Assembly: GCA_043228905.1 (NCBI GenBank)
Contig: JBHGNT010000002.1
Location: 19,654,001-19,718,000 of the forward strand
Length of the DNA stretch: 64,000 nucleotides
Direction: 5' to 3'
Source: Azolla caroliniana
Taxonomy: Eukaryota; Plantae; Polypodiophyta
Below are positions 34,001 through 47,233 of this stretch, piece by piece (the stretch's first letter is position 1; every line of letters starts with the position of its first letter). Below the pieces are notes generated by a model. The model made no database searches, had not been told where the DNA came from, and was given only the letters and a program-made list of their open reading frames with translations. The translations under genes and the position numbers were made by a program.

Positions 34001-36431
34001 TGGGTTGTAGACTTGAATTCTCGTGTTGGAGACTTCAAGCTACCCATCGGTATTTGGTTTAGTATCCAGACGAAGTATGTCTAGGGATTGAAGTGTCATT
34101 ATGGGATTAACCTATTTATTTATGTTTTGTGTCTATGTACTTGTTATATAAACATGTGGTTTGCATATATGAGAATATGGGTATGTGAATTAATGTGTGT
34201 GCATACATGTGAGAGAAGAGAGATTTGTATGTAAGCAAATATGAGATCAATACGAGTATGTGTGTTTATGCTCGATTGGATAACCATTAATGTATGGATA
34301 TGTATGTGTTTGTGAGTAAGTATCTTGCACTGGTATAATGTTTAAATATTTAAATTGTTGGTGGGAAGGAGGGTATTTGGGGAAAATAGTTTTGTCCCCT
34401 ATCCCTTGAGTCGCGGGATAGATAGTTTGTTATTTATTTAATCTAGATGGATAAAGAGGAAAACTGAGGGGAAATAAAAGGGAGAAAAAGGTAGAGAACG
34501 AAGAGAGGGGAGAGGGAGAAAAGTGAATCGGGGCAAGGAGAAGACTCCAATGAGGAGAAGATTGGAGCAAGGAGAATGTTGGAGGAGAAGGCTCCAACTT
34601 CTCACCTGGTGGTCGGAATCAAGACCCAAAAATCCTGCACGAACCTCACAACAAATTCTTCCTGTCATAGTGCACATTTCTTGACGTGGTAAACCAAGGA
34701 CTCGTCTTTTTGCCAATTTTGCTCCAAATCAGATAGATTCCCAGTCCAAGCTCAAAATCCATCATGATCTCTGTTTGGTAGCAAATAGTACTAGATAGCA
34801 GATTTATCTTAATCTAATTTTCCACCAATACCGAAAAGGCAAAGTACATCAAAGATTGAAAAGTTTATCTAGATACAAGCAATATCATCTTCAATATATG
34901 GAGGGGCTTAAAAGGGGTAGATAGATAAAGAAGTTAGACATGTAAGAATAACAAGTAGAGCTTTGGCTCGAGTTTTTGTTTAGAAGACCAGCGAAAAGGC
35001 CTCATTTCCTCTTGTCGTCGGTGATCTCTAACACCCTTTTCATTTGCTAATCTAAGCTCATTCGAGATTTCAGTAACGCTTCCATCTTACTCCAAAATTT
35101 CCCCCGAACAACGAATTCGAATTCTCCTCTCCCTTTTATAGACTGTAAGAGGCCCCTTACCAAAATAATAAGTTTCTTTTTGTAGCACGTGAACATGAGG
35201 CTCGACTAACACAAAACATTTACATTCTTTTTCATTTTTACACATACCTGAACCATATACCTTACTGCTTACTATAGATCACCTTTCTCACTTAAACTTC
35301 CATTACAAGATTTGAACCCCTAACTTTTCGATCATAGTGTACCTTCTTTGACAATTGAGCTAAGTATTTCAATTTTCTTCCACTTCACCTTGTCTGGTGA
35401 CCTTCTTTTCGTCCATCTACCTTGTGCTTCAATTTTTTTATATATATTTATTTTAACTTATTTCTGCGTGTGCGCTCCTCACATCATGACAACGTGGTTG
35501 GATACACGTTGTAATGATTTGCAACATATGCAAATCCATCACTTTGGTGGGAAAGACGAGTCAAAGGAGAGTAGAGAATTTAGTTTTTCCTCTTAAGGGA
35601 ATGTCTATTTCATTGATAATGTGTATTTGGAACCTTTCATGTTTGCACGCTGTTACAATCAAACGAAATTGCTTATGGAACCACTGGAGAGATTGTGGCC
35701 AAAAAGATATAAACTTCCTTCATCTACACTAGACCTGTCTCCATACAATACCTTTTTTGTAGCAAGTTACTCACTAATAGCTATGGTTCTCTGCTCATAA
35801 ATTCCAATGCCTTTTTAGTTCTTCATCGCGGGTTCTCGAGATCCTTGCCTTTTTTTCCATGGATCCAATACCAGCCTGATTTGGACAGTTCCGTGAATAA
35901 AATTCTGAGCAATAAATATTTCAATCCGTATCAGTTATTTATGTTTTCCTTCTGATAAACCCTTTATGTTAGTCCTGTCTCTCCCGTGACATCGGTCGGC
36001 ATATACATGCCCAAAATGTTTCTAAGCTGCCATGTGTGTGGATAGGATATCCTTTGTAAGTTTGCAGATCCCTTTTAAGGTTTTTGCAGCATTCATACAA
36101 GGGTGTATGTGTGTGTGTATAGACGTCCAGGGAGAATGAGAACCAGAAAACGTAGTGGACTAACCTTAGGATGGAGAGAAGCATTTCCGATGCCTGAACG
36201 ATTGATGGAAAGAGATGTGGCGATGGCTTCGAACACCCGCCTCCTACTGCAACGGCAGCAAATAGTGGTGGTAGGGGGGGAGGAGGAAGAAGATCTCTTC
36301 TCTGGTGCGTCAAGAGTGAGATGGATCCTTCCTTCTCTTTCATCTCCTTGAGTCTGGTATCTGATGAGGGGCAGAGGTCTTCTGAATGCGGCCAGTCCGG
36401 AAGTGGGCAGCGGAGAGAAGATACCTTCCAT
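31068..36431 (-). CDS. SAM-dependent methyltransferase type 11 (METTL7-like) with probable plastid transit peptide, spliced
   Basis: Exons about 36431-36165, 32584-32489, 32157-31939, 31675-31578, 31428-31365 and 31262-31068. Motifs VLEIGIGTGPN, GLDPN, FDAVVGTLVLCSV, EVKRVLRPGG, FIEHV and DGCHLTRD. Confidence 0.9.
33800..35960. mobile_element. Degenerate TE/LTR-like remnants in intron 1 of the METTL7-like gene
   Basis: Long intron with LTR-like composition and no intact ORF; not classifiable by eye. Confidence 0.3.
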
Positions 36432-37065
36432 TTCTAGATAGAAGATGACTACAGTCTACTACTACTACTACTAACTAGGAATAATGAATTGAACCAGAAG
36501 TAGAAGAAGAAGAAGAAGAAGAAGAAGCAGAAGCAGCTTAAGCTTCTCTTGAGAATTCTGTTTTCTGCCAAATTACAAATGTAGCCTTTCTTTTGCCCCC
36601 TTAACAATTTGATTCCTTCCTTCTTCATTGTTTTGGCCTCCCTCTTCTTTTTATCTCCTTCTACTAAACCTACTAACCCTCTCTGTGTGTTTTCCATTCA
36701 CTTGTCTCGTAATTTATCACCGCCTGTTACGACCTGCACATACCACTACAAAAACCCCGCCTCCAAGGCACATTGTAATGTCGACTTTCCACGAGTTCGA
36801 ATGCCAATAATCTTCAGTTATGAACCCATGACCTTTGACATGGCATCACATCGTCCAATTGGAGACACGTTTAATTTGCACATGGCATCACCTGCTTAGC
36901 ATACCGTGCATCACAAAGCAATAGCAATGTGAACTGCACTAGATCATTGGAAGAAAACCTTAAAAAAACGAGGTCTTTGTAAAGATCATTATAAGGCATT
37001 GTGCACAATGTAAAGAGGATGAACTCAAGATGTAGTGCTTGCACATTCAAATAGTTTTAAGTTAA

Positions 37066-37096
<31 letters not shown>

Positions 37097-37607
37097 TATA
37101 ATATAGATTTTATTATCTTCTTTATCTGAGGTCAAATATGACCTATGAGACAGAAAATATATTAACATTTTCACGCAATGCATGTTAGAGCGAGTAGCAA
37201 CTCTTGGCATTCAAAAACTTTACCAATGGATGTTGCAAATGGAGAGTGCATTTTGTGACCATGAGAAAAATTCACACAAGGATTGGGTTTGGTTGAAGAT
37301 TTGTGGAAAGCATGGTCATATGTGATCCAAAGGCGGGACAACATTTGTATCTAAGTGCGATACTCAGACTCCCCATGCGGACTTTTTCCCAACATATGAA
37401 CGTGTGGCGGCGGCGGCGGCAGCGTTCTTCCAATTGCAGTGCTTTGTGGCCTCAATACAAAGATTCAAAAATGTCCATCGAGCCGATGTGATCAAAACCA
37501 GTTCTTCTCGAAAGATGACATCAAGAACAAACATAGAAGAGAAGAGAGTGGGATACGATCGATGATCACAACACACCCAACGTAAAACCTCTAAGTGAGA
37601 GAGAGAG

Positions 37608-37639
<32 letters not shown>

Positions 37640-37985
37640 GTTTGTGGTTAGGGTGGACTCTGGAGTGACCGGAGAGGTCTATCGAAACGTAGTGTGCGGG
37701 CGGGCGATATACAATTGAAGAGAGAGCTGGGTACGTGAGAGATCGCGGGGAGTGTGGAGGTTGGTTATGGAGGGTTTTTGGGTGGGTTTTTCTCTTAACC
37801 AACTAATCTAAGGGTTTTTGCCATCTCTAATCTCAAACTCATAAAACACACACACACACATGATGATTCTATGTGTTATATTCTAAGCATATGACTCTGT
37901 TTAAACAGAGCTAAGAACAGAGTAGGAGGAGAGAGAGAGACAGAGAAACAGAGATTTTAATGGGGTTTATGCCATAGCTGAACAA

Positions 37986-38035
<50 letters not shown>

Positions 38036-38264
38036 AACCAAACCAGAAGCAATGGAAGCACCAGGTGAAAACTGCTCGAGGAGAGAGACGACCTTTTAGG
38101 TCAAAAGAACCAGTCCCCCCTCCCCACACACGCGCACAGAGGTCCCTTTCCATGCCCGCAGCAATGTAATGATAATTATGGGGATGGATGGTCTTGCAAG
38201 AAGAGGCAGACCCTAGCTTCTTCTATCCTTCTTTTGCTTCCTCCTCCTTTCTTCTAAGAAAGCG

Positions 38265-38470
38265 ATGCGATCTTCTTCTCCTTCTGTTTGTCGACGAAGA
38301 CAACTGTGGAGAAAAGTCTATGGAATAGAAGCTTCTCAGCATACTCCTCTGGCAAAGATCGTTGTAGGTCTAAATTCTTCTGCTTGGATTGATTTTTCAT
38401 GGTTTCACCTGGCAATGCTCACGACAGATACAGATACAGATATAGATGTAGAGAAAGGTATGTGTATTTA

Positions 38471-38518
<48 letters not shown>

Positions 38519-40674
38519 GTGCGTGTAGGGGACTAATTCCATTATATTTGTGCGTCCTTTTATTTGCATTTGAATTTCAGTATTAGCAATGGCCTCTTTT
38601 GTTCTTTTATTTAGTTATATGTTCTAAAAAAAGAATCTTTATTTTTTATGTTAATAAGTAAGGATTCCAAATGAGTTTCTTTTTTCCATTTTGGCTCTTT
38701 GTCATGCCCACATATCCTGTTTGATGGCCACCTAAGCTTATGTTACATGAAAGGTCTGTAAAAAAAATTCTAAATCTGAATTTTATTTACTTAACTATTA
38801 GATGCTTAGGATCCTTATCACATTGCATGTTGCATATGGTCTTGTTTGTTGTTTTTTCCAAATGCGACATATTTTTTGAACAATTTAGCAGATAATGTAT
38901 GTAACATTGCACACCAGGTTACGGTAGAGGAAAGCACCGGAGGCATCTTCATCAACAAACTGAACACTTTACATGTTCCCCAAGCAATGATATAGTGCTA
39001 CCACAAAGCTTGCAGATTAAATCACTTTGTAGACAAGGGAAGGTTCACGAAGCTTACATGATCTATAAAGAGATGAAAAATGAGAACCAATTGGCAAGTG
39101 TCGATGCGCATGATGATCTGGTATTTGGATTGGCCCGACTAGGAAAAGTGGAAGATGCTGTTGGTATATTTGTGGAATTGAAAGGAATGGGTGGGATGTA
39201 TAAAAGATCTATGTATGGGACATTGATTGTGAGCTTGAGTAAAGCTGGGTATGTACAAGAAGCTCATAAGTTCCTTGAAGAATCAAGGAAATTCGGGTTA
39301 AAATTGTCAATGTCGGTCTTTTCTGCGTATGTAGAGTGCCTCGTTCAAGTAGGGCAATGTGAAGAAGCATATAATGTATACAAGGAGTTAAAAAAGATGC
39401 AAAGGATCCCATGTGTGGCCATATTGCACTATCTTGTTCTTGGATTATCGAGGAATGGAGAGGCTCAACAAGCCTTCCTTCTGCTCCAAGAGATCCTTGC
39501 CCGAGGCACAGATGCTAGAGTAATATTGTTTAATGCTGTGATCAAAGGTTTTACGAATGAGGGCCTTGTCAAAGAAGCAATAATGCTTTTTGATTTTATG
39601 CGCACCATTGGTGTTCAGCCGAACCTAGTGACTTTTAACAATGTAATCCATGCTGTTAGTCAAAAGGGAAGTCTTCCAGAGGTGTTGAGACTTTACGTAG
39701 AAATGAAACTGGCTGGCATTTCTCCGAACGATATAACATACAGTGTTTTAATAAACTTTTTGGCCAGAAAAAGTCTTGTGAATGAAGCTTATGAGGCATG
39801 GAGAGAAATGAGGATGGTTGGAGTAAGGCCTAGTGTGATAACATATAATGCTATGTTCAATGCTCTTGGCAGAGCAGGGCATGTAGATGCAGCAAGGATG
39901 ATAGTGGAAGAGATGTCTGCAGAGGGCATTTCTCCAGATATGTACACATTCTCCATTCTCATACATAGTCTTGGAAAAGCAAAGAAACTGGATGGAGCTA
40001 AAACCTTGTTTGAGAAAATCATAGGCAAACCAGGTTCAGTTAATATGGTTATTTACACAACCATGATCACGGCATTGAGCAAGGCTGGAGAGGTCGATGA
40101 AGCTCTTGATTACTTTGAGAAGATGATGACAGCAGGACATTCACCGAATGTAGTTTCATACACTGCCATTATTTCTTCATTGGCTAATGCAAGAAGATTG
40201 GAGGAAGCATATGCTCTCTTTCAGGCAATGGATACCACAGGATGTCCTCCAAATTTAGTGACATATAAGGTACTTACTCGGGCTTTTGCCGAAGTAGGCA
40301 TGTGTGATCGTATTGATGGATTGATTTTGGAGATGAGAGCTCGAGGTATTGAGCCTGATGTATCTTTTTACTCCTCCTTACTTGCAGGATACAAGAAATC
40401 GGGCAACACTGATATAGCATGTGAATTATTTGAAAAGCTCAAAACAGAGCGTACTCCTATTGATACAGGGGTCTTAAATTCTATGTTTGGAGTTCTAGTT
40501 AGTGGAGGTAGAGTTGATGCTGCATATGATTATTTCCAGAAAATGGATAAATATGGTTGTACTCCAGATGAACTGAGCTACAACATAATATGTTGTGGAC
40601 TGAGAGGTGCCGGAAGACTGGAGGATGCACTTGTTGTTGAGGAAATGAAAAGATTAGATTGCGTGAAGATTTGA
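38265..40674 (+). CDS. P-class pentatricopeptide repeat protein
   Basis: Tandem 35-aa repeats (PNLVTFNNVIHA, PNDITYSVLI, PSVITYNAM, PDMYTFSILI...) with no E or DYW domain. A probable first exon 38265-38367 splices in phase to 38918. Confidence 0.95.
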
Positions 40675-43025
40675 CACAGCTTAATTGAGTTATATATATT
40701 CAAATGCAATGACTCACGTGCTCTTTGATGTTTGTCCAAAGCACTCTCTATGCTGATTTGAGATCATTTCGGGAAGATGTGCATTGATTCTTCAAACTTG
40801 GTGGTGGATGAGTTGGGAGAATAAAACCAAGCCTATGAATCAGCCCAAAGGCAAAAGAGTCAATGGGATGCTATTTGAAGGTGTTTTCAAAGGCAATAAG
40901 TTTGGCTCCAGTTTGAAGAAACTTACTAACTTTCGAATCCACGGATGCTAGAAACCTCACAAATTGCAATGATGTCTGACAATGGGTTACTAAAATTTTT
41001 GTTATCTTTCCCAATAGCTGTTGTTTACTCTATAGCCCTATTTGATGTTTGGGGGGTTCGGAGAAAAGGTGGCCCCTTGTATAACCAAAATCACATTGGA
41101 AAACATTAGACACAAAAATCTCTCTTTAGACTTTGAAGTTTGAGGTGGAGAGGTTTGAGGATGGGAATATATTGATCATTACTGGGTATTGGCAAAGATG
41201 CCTTTTCCGAAAACTATAAAACCAACACATTGTTATAACAATTCCTGATTCAAGAACTCATAGCACATTTATGACTCGGAACCCTTATGATCTTTTAACC
41301 TTATGCAATTTCACTCTGAGAAGTACTTAAAACCGTCTTGGTATAAGCAGGTATTCAATAGATAGACCCCTTTGCATTAGTGCCAGTGTTTTCTCAGGCC
41401 GAGAAGAGAACAAGGCCCACACTTTCTTTGCAGTGCTTTCTCTGCCACAGGTAAAGATGGCATACTACCATCAATTTGTTCACTCACAAGCAAAGGCCCA
41501 AGCCAAGTGAAAATGAATGAACTAATATGTCTAATTTAGAAACAACAGAAGCTCAAAGAAGCGTACAACTTTACCAATATTTGATATGGTCTCAACTTGA
41601 TACCTACATATTAAGTTGAATCTGGTGATGGTTGCTACCTGCCTTGCCATGTAGAGATGGAGAAAAACTCAAACGAATGGTAAGAGCCCTAAACCCTAAA
41701 CTGGTTGCTAGCATGTGCCTTGGAAAAAGAGATGGAAAAAGACTCAAAAGAATGGTAAGACCTTAGATACAGTGTTATGCAGTGGTTAACTTATTATGTT
41801 GATGTGGACTATCATTACTGTTTTCATTGCCCACCACAAATAAATGAAAGAAAGGGAAGACCTTAGTTACAGTGTTATGTGGTTGTCACTTAACTTATTT
41901 TGTTGATGTGGATTATCATTACTGTTTATCAACCAGTAAGAACCCTTTCGTTCCCATATATATAGTGTATGAGCTCAAGTGTTCAGGGCTTAGGCTATAT
42001 CACTAACCCTACATCTCTGTTTCTTAATACATGATTCAAAGGATGGAGGCCAAATTTTGAGGTATATGGGTATGGTTTTACTGATATTCTCAAAGAACAA
42101 AGGCAAATCAAGAAACTTTGCAGAAATACTGTAAAAGAAACATTGTCCACCAATTGAAAAATTCTCAATTATTGGTCTGAATTGTGTATGAATCTATTTT
42201 ATTTAGTTTATTTCTACTATAAATAAAGATTCAGGAGGGCTTGCTTCATCCAGTCAGTTTCATTTCTTTTATAAACTTGATTCTGTTTGTGAAAATCACT
42301 TGATTTGATGACTGCCAAGAGCCAAATTGGAAATAACACATTCATTGTGGGCACATGAAAGGTCATTTCAGTGTTTTGAGGCTAGATTCTACTGATATGA
42401 TAACTTATACAGTGAGTTATAGCAATAGTTTTGCTTCAATAAATATGACATTTGCAATTCTATATTTACTTCCATTCTAGGATCTCATTTTGGGTGATAA
42501 CTCATGAAATTAAAAAAGAATATAACATTTGAGTATATTGTCACGAATTCTTATTGCCTTTTCCAGATATCCATTGTATAATAATATTAGTGAGGTTTTC
42601 ATGGACTACATTGCTTACTAATCCAAAATGCAAATAAATTTAGACCAAGGCTGTACTCTCCAGCAAACTGTGTGGCGCACATGTGAAAACATACAATAAG
42701 GAAATGAAATTCATTTCTGACGTTCCACCAACAGTATTGACCTCTCCCATTTCCAGCAGTAATCAGGTAAATTCCCAACTGTACTTGCACAAAAATCTCC
42801 ACTTTGCTGATTCGAGCCTACTTCACCATTGCCACGTGATCCAAACATAATGTGCTAACCAGCCCACTGCCAAAGCATTTCTTCAATATATACTTAGTTT
42901 CATTCCTTTCGGAAATCAATCACCCTCACCAAATGTGAAATCCAATCATGCCCGTGTGGCTTTTACAAACTCATTACCCTGTAGGTGAGTGTGAATCTAG
43001 CCAGTCGTTATCTCACCACAAATGG

Positions 43026-45980
43026 TTAATAGCTTGGCAAATTCAAAGTAGACGACACATCACTGGACAAGAAATACATACATATTGGGGCTCTCCTTTT
43101 AACCAAAGCTAAAATAGCAGATACTAACGTCCAGATCCCGTCACCGCACATTAGCCCAGAGGCTATTGCTGGAATGTAAAGATCCGCTACTCTGGGGTTT
43201 ACTCTCTTGTAGGTATAAACTATGACACTACCAATGCACATATCTATCGCAAAGTAAGATCCAATGTAAAAGGGAAGAGCCATGGCCATTGGGATGGGGA
43301 TAAACTGGGAAACCTTTTTAGGTACTCGATCACGAACAAAATTAGTGATGATCGCCAACATAAAGAATAAGAATGAAAGGAGAATACAGTGCTTGGGCAA
43401 TGTTGAGAAACCTTCAACACCTAGCAATGCCATTTGACGGAAGATCACAGCATAAGGAGCAGGGTATTCTCCATCTTTTAATCCAACTGGAAAAGCTTTC
43501 CAAAACATCCAAAAAGTAGATGGTGCAACTATGCAACCAATAATGGTACCAAGGATCTGGCTAGCTAGCATAGATTTGGGTGAAGCTAAAGTAAGATAAC
43601 CAGTTTTAAAGTCTTGCATCAAATCGGCCGCGGATGATACGATGACCATCATGAGGCCACATGATACAAGGCCAACTATTACACCACCATGCTGTCCTGC
43701 CCAACATGAGAAAATGAATAGAAACAATTTGCCATAGCTCGAGATTAAGCTCCAATCAGTCATGCCAGATCCATAGGCATTGCAAAACCCTAGGATTGGG
43801 GCTACACAATAGCTTATCACCACAAAATACCACTTCATCTGATGGAAGATTTTCAGAATCACACCAAGTGAGATTACTGCAAGACCCACATAACATAGTC
43901 CAGCAAACTTGAAAGGTATACGATCCCTCAAGAAGAAGTCAATCCTTACTTGCTCATCATGTGAAATATTTTTCTCTCCTGATAAAAAAGATCACATAAA
44001 GATGAATAATTTAATCTTTACATGACTACTCTGAATCCCCCAACTGTTTAATGTCCTGGAAAACTTTTGATGTAATGCATAGATTTATTACCCTTCTCAT
44101 TACTCTGTGATGGCAAAACAGAGCTTTTCTTCTGGTGACTATATAAAGAAGAGGTTGCCATGAAGGAGACCTTCACAAAGTTGTACAGCCCATCACCTAG
44201 TATAAGGGCAATAGCAATAAATACCTGTGCATATAGAAAATAAATAAATGCTTAATTGACAAATACCAAATAACGTAAGCAGCCGATCCATTCAAAAACA
44301 TAAAGAAAGATGATTTCAGAATGACCTTGTATCCATAAAGACCTTGTAAATTTGAACCCGTAGCATCAACTGGATACCAATCCCCAGCACGATGGTTAAT
44401 AATCGGCCATAACACCGCCCATGACAAAATGCCCCCAAATAGCAGAGAGAAGTTAACAATATGAGGACATATCATGCCTGCCCCAACATATGTCATATTG
44501 AAGTCGAAATAAAACCTGTATACAAGTATTTTTTACAAGAGCAAATGTTGCCAAAATAAGAGGTTCAATAGTTGTTCTTCAGAATAAATTAAACAGGAAG
44601 TAAGTTGCAGTAGAAAAATGCCTACTTGCTGTCATATGCTTTGAATCCCAGACTCGGAAACTTGTCAAAGCCACAATCTCCCTGGGATCCACTAAAATGC
44701 CACTTGAATAGGCTGAACAAAAAGCTAAACGAGAAATATTTTCCGAGGCATCTGATTTGTTTCCTGAACAGAAACCAACGACCGGGCATACAGATTAAAT
44801 GATGCAAGACAGGCTTATCCTATCAATGACATCTGCAACAATACAATATCAGAAGAGGGTCTCCTCTAAGATGTCCACAACACGTGTACGATCATTAAAG
44901 AAAAATGTTCATCAACATAAGGTCATTTCAGCTTAATGAACATGATATAATGCACAAAGTAAAAGTCTATAATAGGACCAGTGAAGATCTATTCAACCCA
45001 TCATTTGGACCTACATTGATATAATATTGGGGGTGGTGTGGTACTCTTATATGTCAATATAATGTGGGGTGTCATTAAAGAAAAGTTCATCGAATAGATC
45101 ATCAAAGGTTTTTCAATATGATATAGTAAACAAATTAAAGGTCTAAAGAGGATTGAACAAGATCTCTCCAATCAATGTCATCTACATCGATAAAAGATGA
45201 GATGGGTATTCTTATATGGTCATACAATATGAACGGTCGTTAAAGAAAGGTTAATTAATTAACATGAGATCATTAAGGAAAGGAATATCAACATGATAGA
45301 AGCACAAAGTGAATTTCTAAATACGATTAATGAGGACATGTGCCAAATGTCATCTACATCTATATGATTTATCTATCTATTTGTTTTTATTATTTACCAG
45401 GGAAGGATGCAGGTGAAGGGGGTTGTTAATTGATGATGCAATACAGGAGTCTTTCATCAATATGAGGTCACAAAAATAAAGGTTTATCAACATGATATAT
45501 CACAAAGAAAAAATCTAATTACAATCAATTAAGGATCTTACTGAGCTTGCTTGAATCCATGAGGAGTGAAAAAGCTGTTGATAAGGACAGCAGTCGCCGT
45601 ACCGCTAGGATAAGTCAATTTGTAATCAATAATCAGGATCTGTGTATGTATAAAAAACTTCAAATTAGTTGTCCTGTCGTGTTCCCACCTAAGTACATCA
45701 CAACATAAGGTTTTAAAATAACCTACTTTCCGGAGTGGAACCACTGCCATGAGACCAAGGAAACTCGCTGCAAACACATAGGCAATTATCCAACCGAGAC
45801 CAGGGTTCTTTATGTCCCCAAGATTGCTGTGTTGTCCTTGATCAGCGGCATCAACAATATCGCTGGTTCGCTGGTTCATTGCAAGAAGATAAGTGCTAAA
45901 TCCCCCTGAAGAAGTGATCCAAAACTATAAGTGTTACTATGTATATGAGAGAAATAGAAAAACGGATTCCACCCTTTAAA

Positions 45981-46015
<35 letters not shown>

Positions 46016-47233
46016 GACTTCTGCTCACAGCCATTAAAAAAAAGATGTCTATTTATGGATCCAGATGACCAAAACCTCTAGTTTTAGTTATCTCGGTTTC
46101 AGTTGCAGATCTCTAATCAGGTCATAGCTCTGTGGTTACGAGACTCCATGAGCGGGGTAATGAGTTAAAACCTCTTAAGAACCAATATCAATTCATCTTC
46201 AAATCTCTATAATGTGCTAAAATACATACAAGTCAATATCACTTTCAGATGCAAAAAAATCTACAATGAGCTAAATTACAAGGGCCAATGTTACTTTCAG
46301 CAGAAATACTTCTGTTGATGTGCTAGAACCTATAAAAGCAATATCGATTTCACCATCTCTAATTAAGCTATAACTGTCAATAGAGTAGACTCAATGAGAA
46401 TTAAAACGAACTGGCTATGACAACCTACAAGACGTAACAAGCAATTACCAACCATTTCTAAAGCAAAATATTCAAAAATTAAAATCAACAACAAGTACAA
46501 ATAAAATGCACAAGAACATGAGAAATGAATAATGATCCATGAACAAGTAAGACTGCACAAAAGAAAAAAGGGGCAATGAATAAAGAGACAAATGAAAAGA
46601 CTTACCACTATACGCAACGCCATAACATGCTACGATACAGGTCTGGATAACAGTATTCTCTTGTCTAGTGAAAGGTGTGGGTTTGAATCCCATCCACGTC
46701 ATGACGGTCATCCATGTCCTGATACAGAAGAAACTGAGAAGACCTGCAGAGATATGGAGAGATGGAACTATTCCTGTTGTTAAGCTGAGCTTGTGAACCA
46801 CAATGCAGAAGAGGGATCCAATGATAACACTCACAACTACTCCTCGCACAGAGATCTGACCCCACCATGGCGGTATCTCTCTGCAACCAAGAATTTCCTC
46901 TACAGAAGAAGAACCCTTTACTTCTTCTTCTTCCTCCTCCTCCTCCTCCTTTTCTTTGTTTCTGCTTCTTGGGTTTTCTTCATTTTCTTCGATTCGTCTT
47001 GGGTTCTCGTCGTTTCCTTCAATTCTTCTCTGGTTTGTCTCATTTTCTGCTTCGTCATCACCATTGTTTCTTCTGCTTCGTCTTGGTTCTTCTACTTCTT
47101 CTTCTTCTTTTTGTTTTTGTTTTTGTGGTTTTGCTTGATATGTTAGAACTGGATTTGAAATTGATACACACTTGCAAGGATTAGTGCATTGACAATACTC
47201 GCACTTCTTCTTCTTGTACCCTTCGCCCCACAT
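43026..47233 (-). CDS. YSL: Yellow Stripe-Like (OPT family) metal-nicotianamine transporter, about 7 exons
   Basis: [61 protein letters not shown] and [11 protein letters not shown] across ORFs 46472-47233, 45538-45879, 44622-44807, 44197-44496 and 43026-43931. Confidence 0.95.

Noticed and set aside
31068-36431. Link between this methyltransferase and the transposon MTase
   Set aside because: It is an ordinary METTL7-like small-molecule methyltransferase without a DPPY-type motif and lies among host genes.
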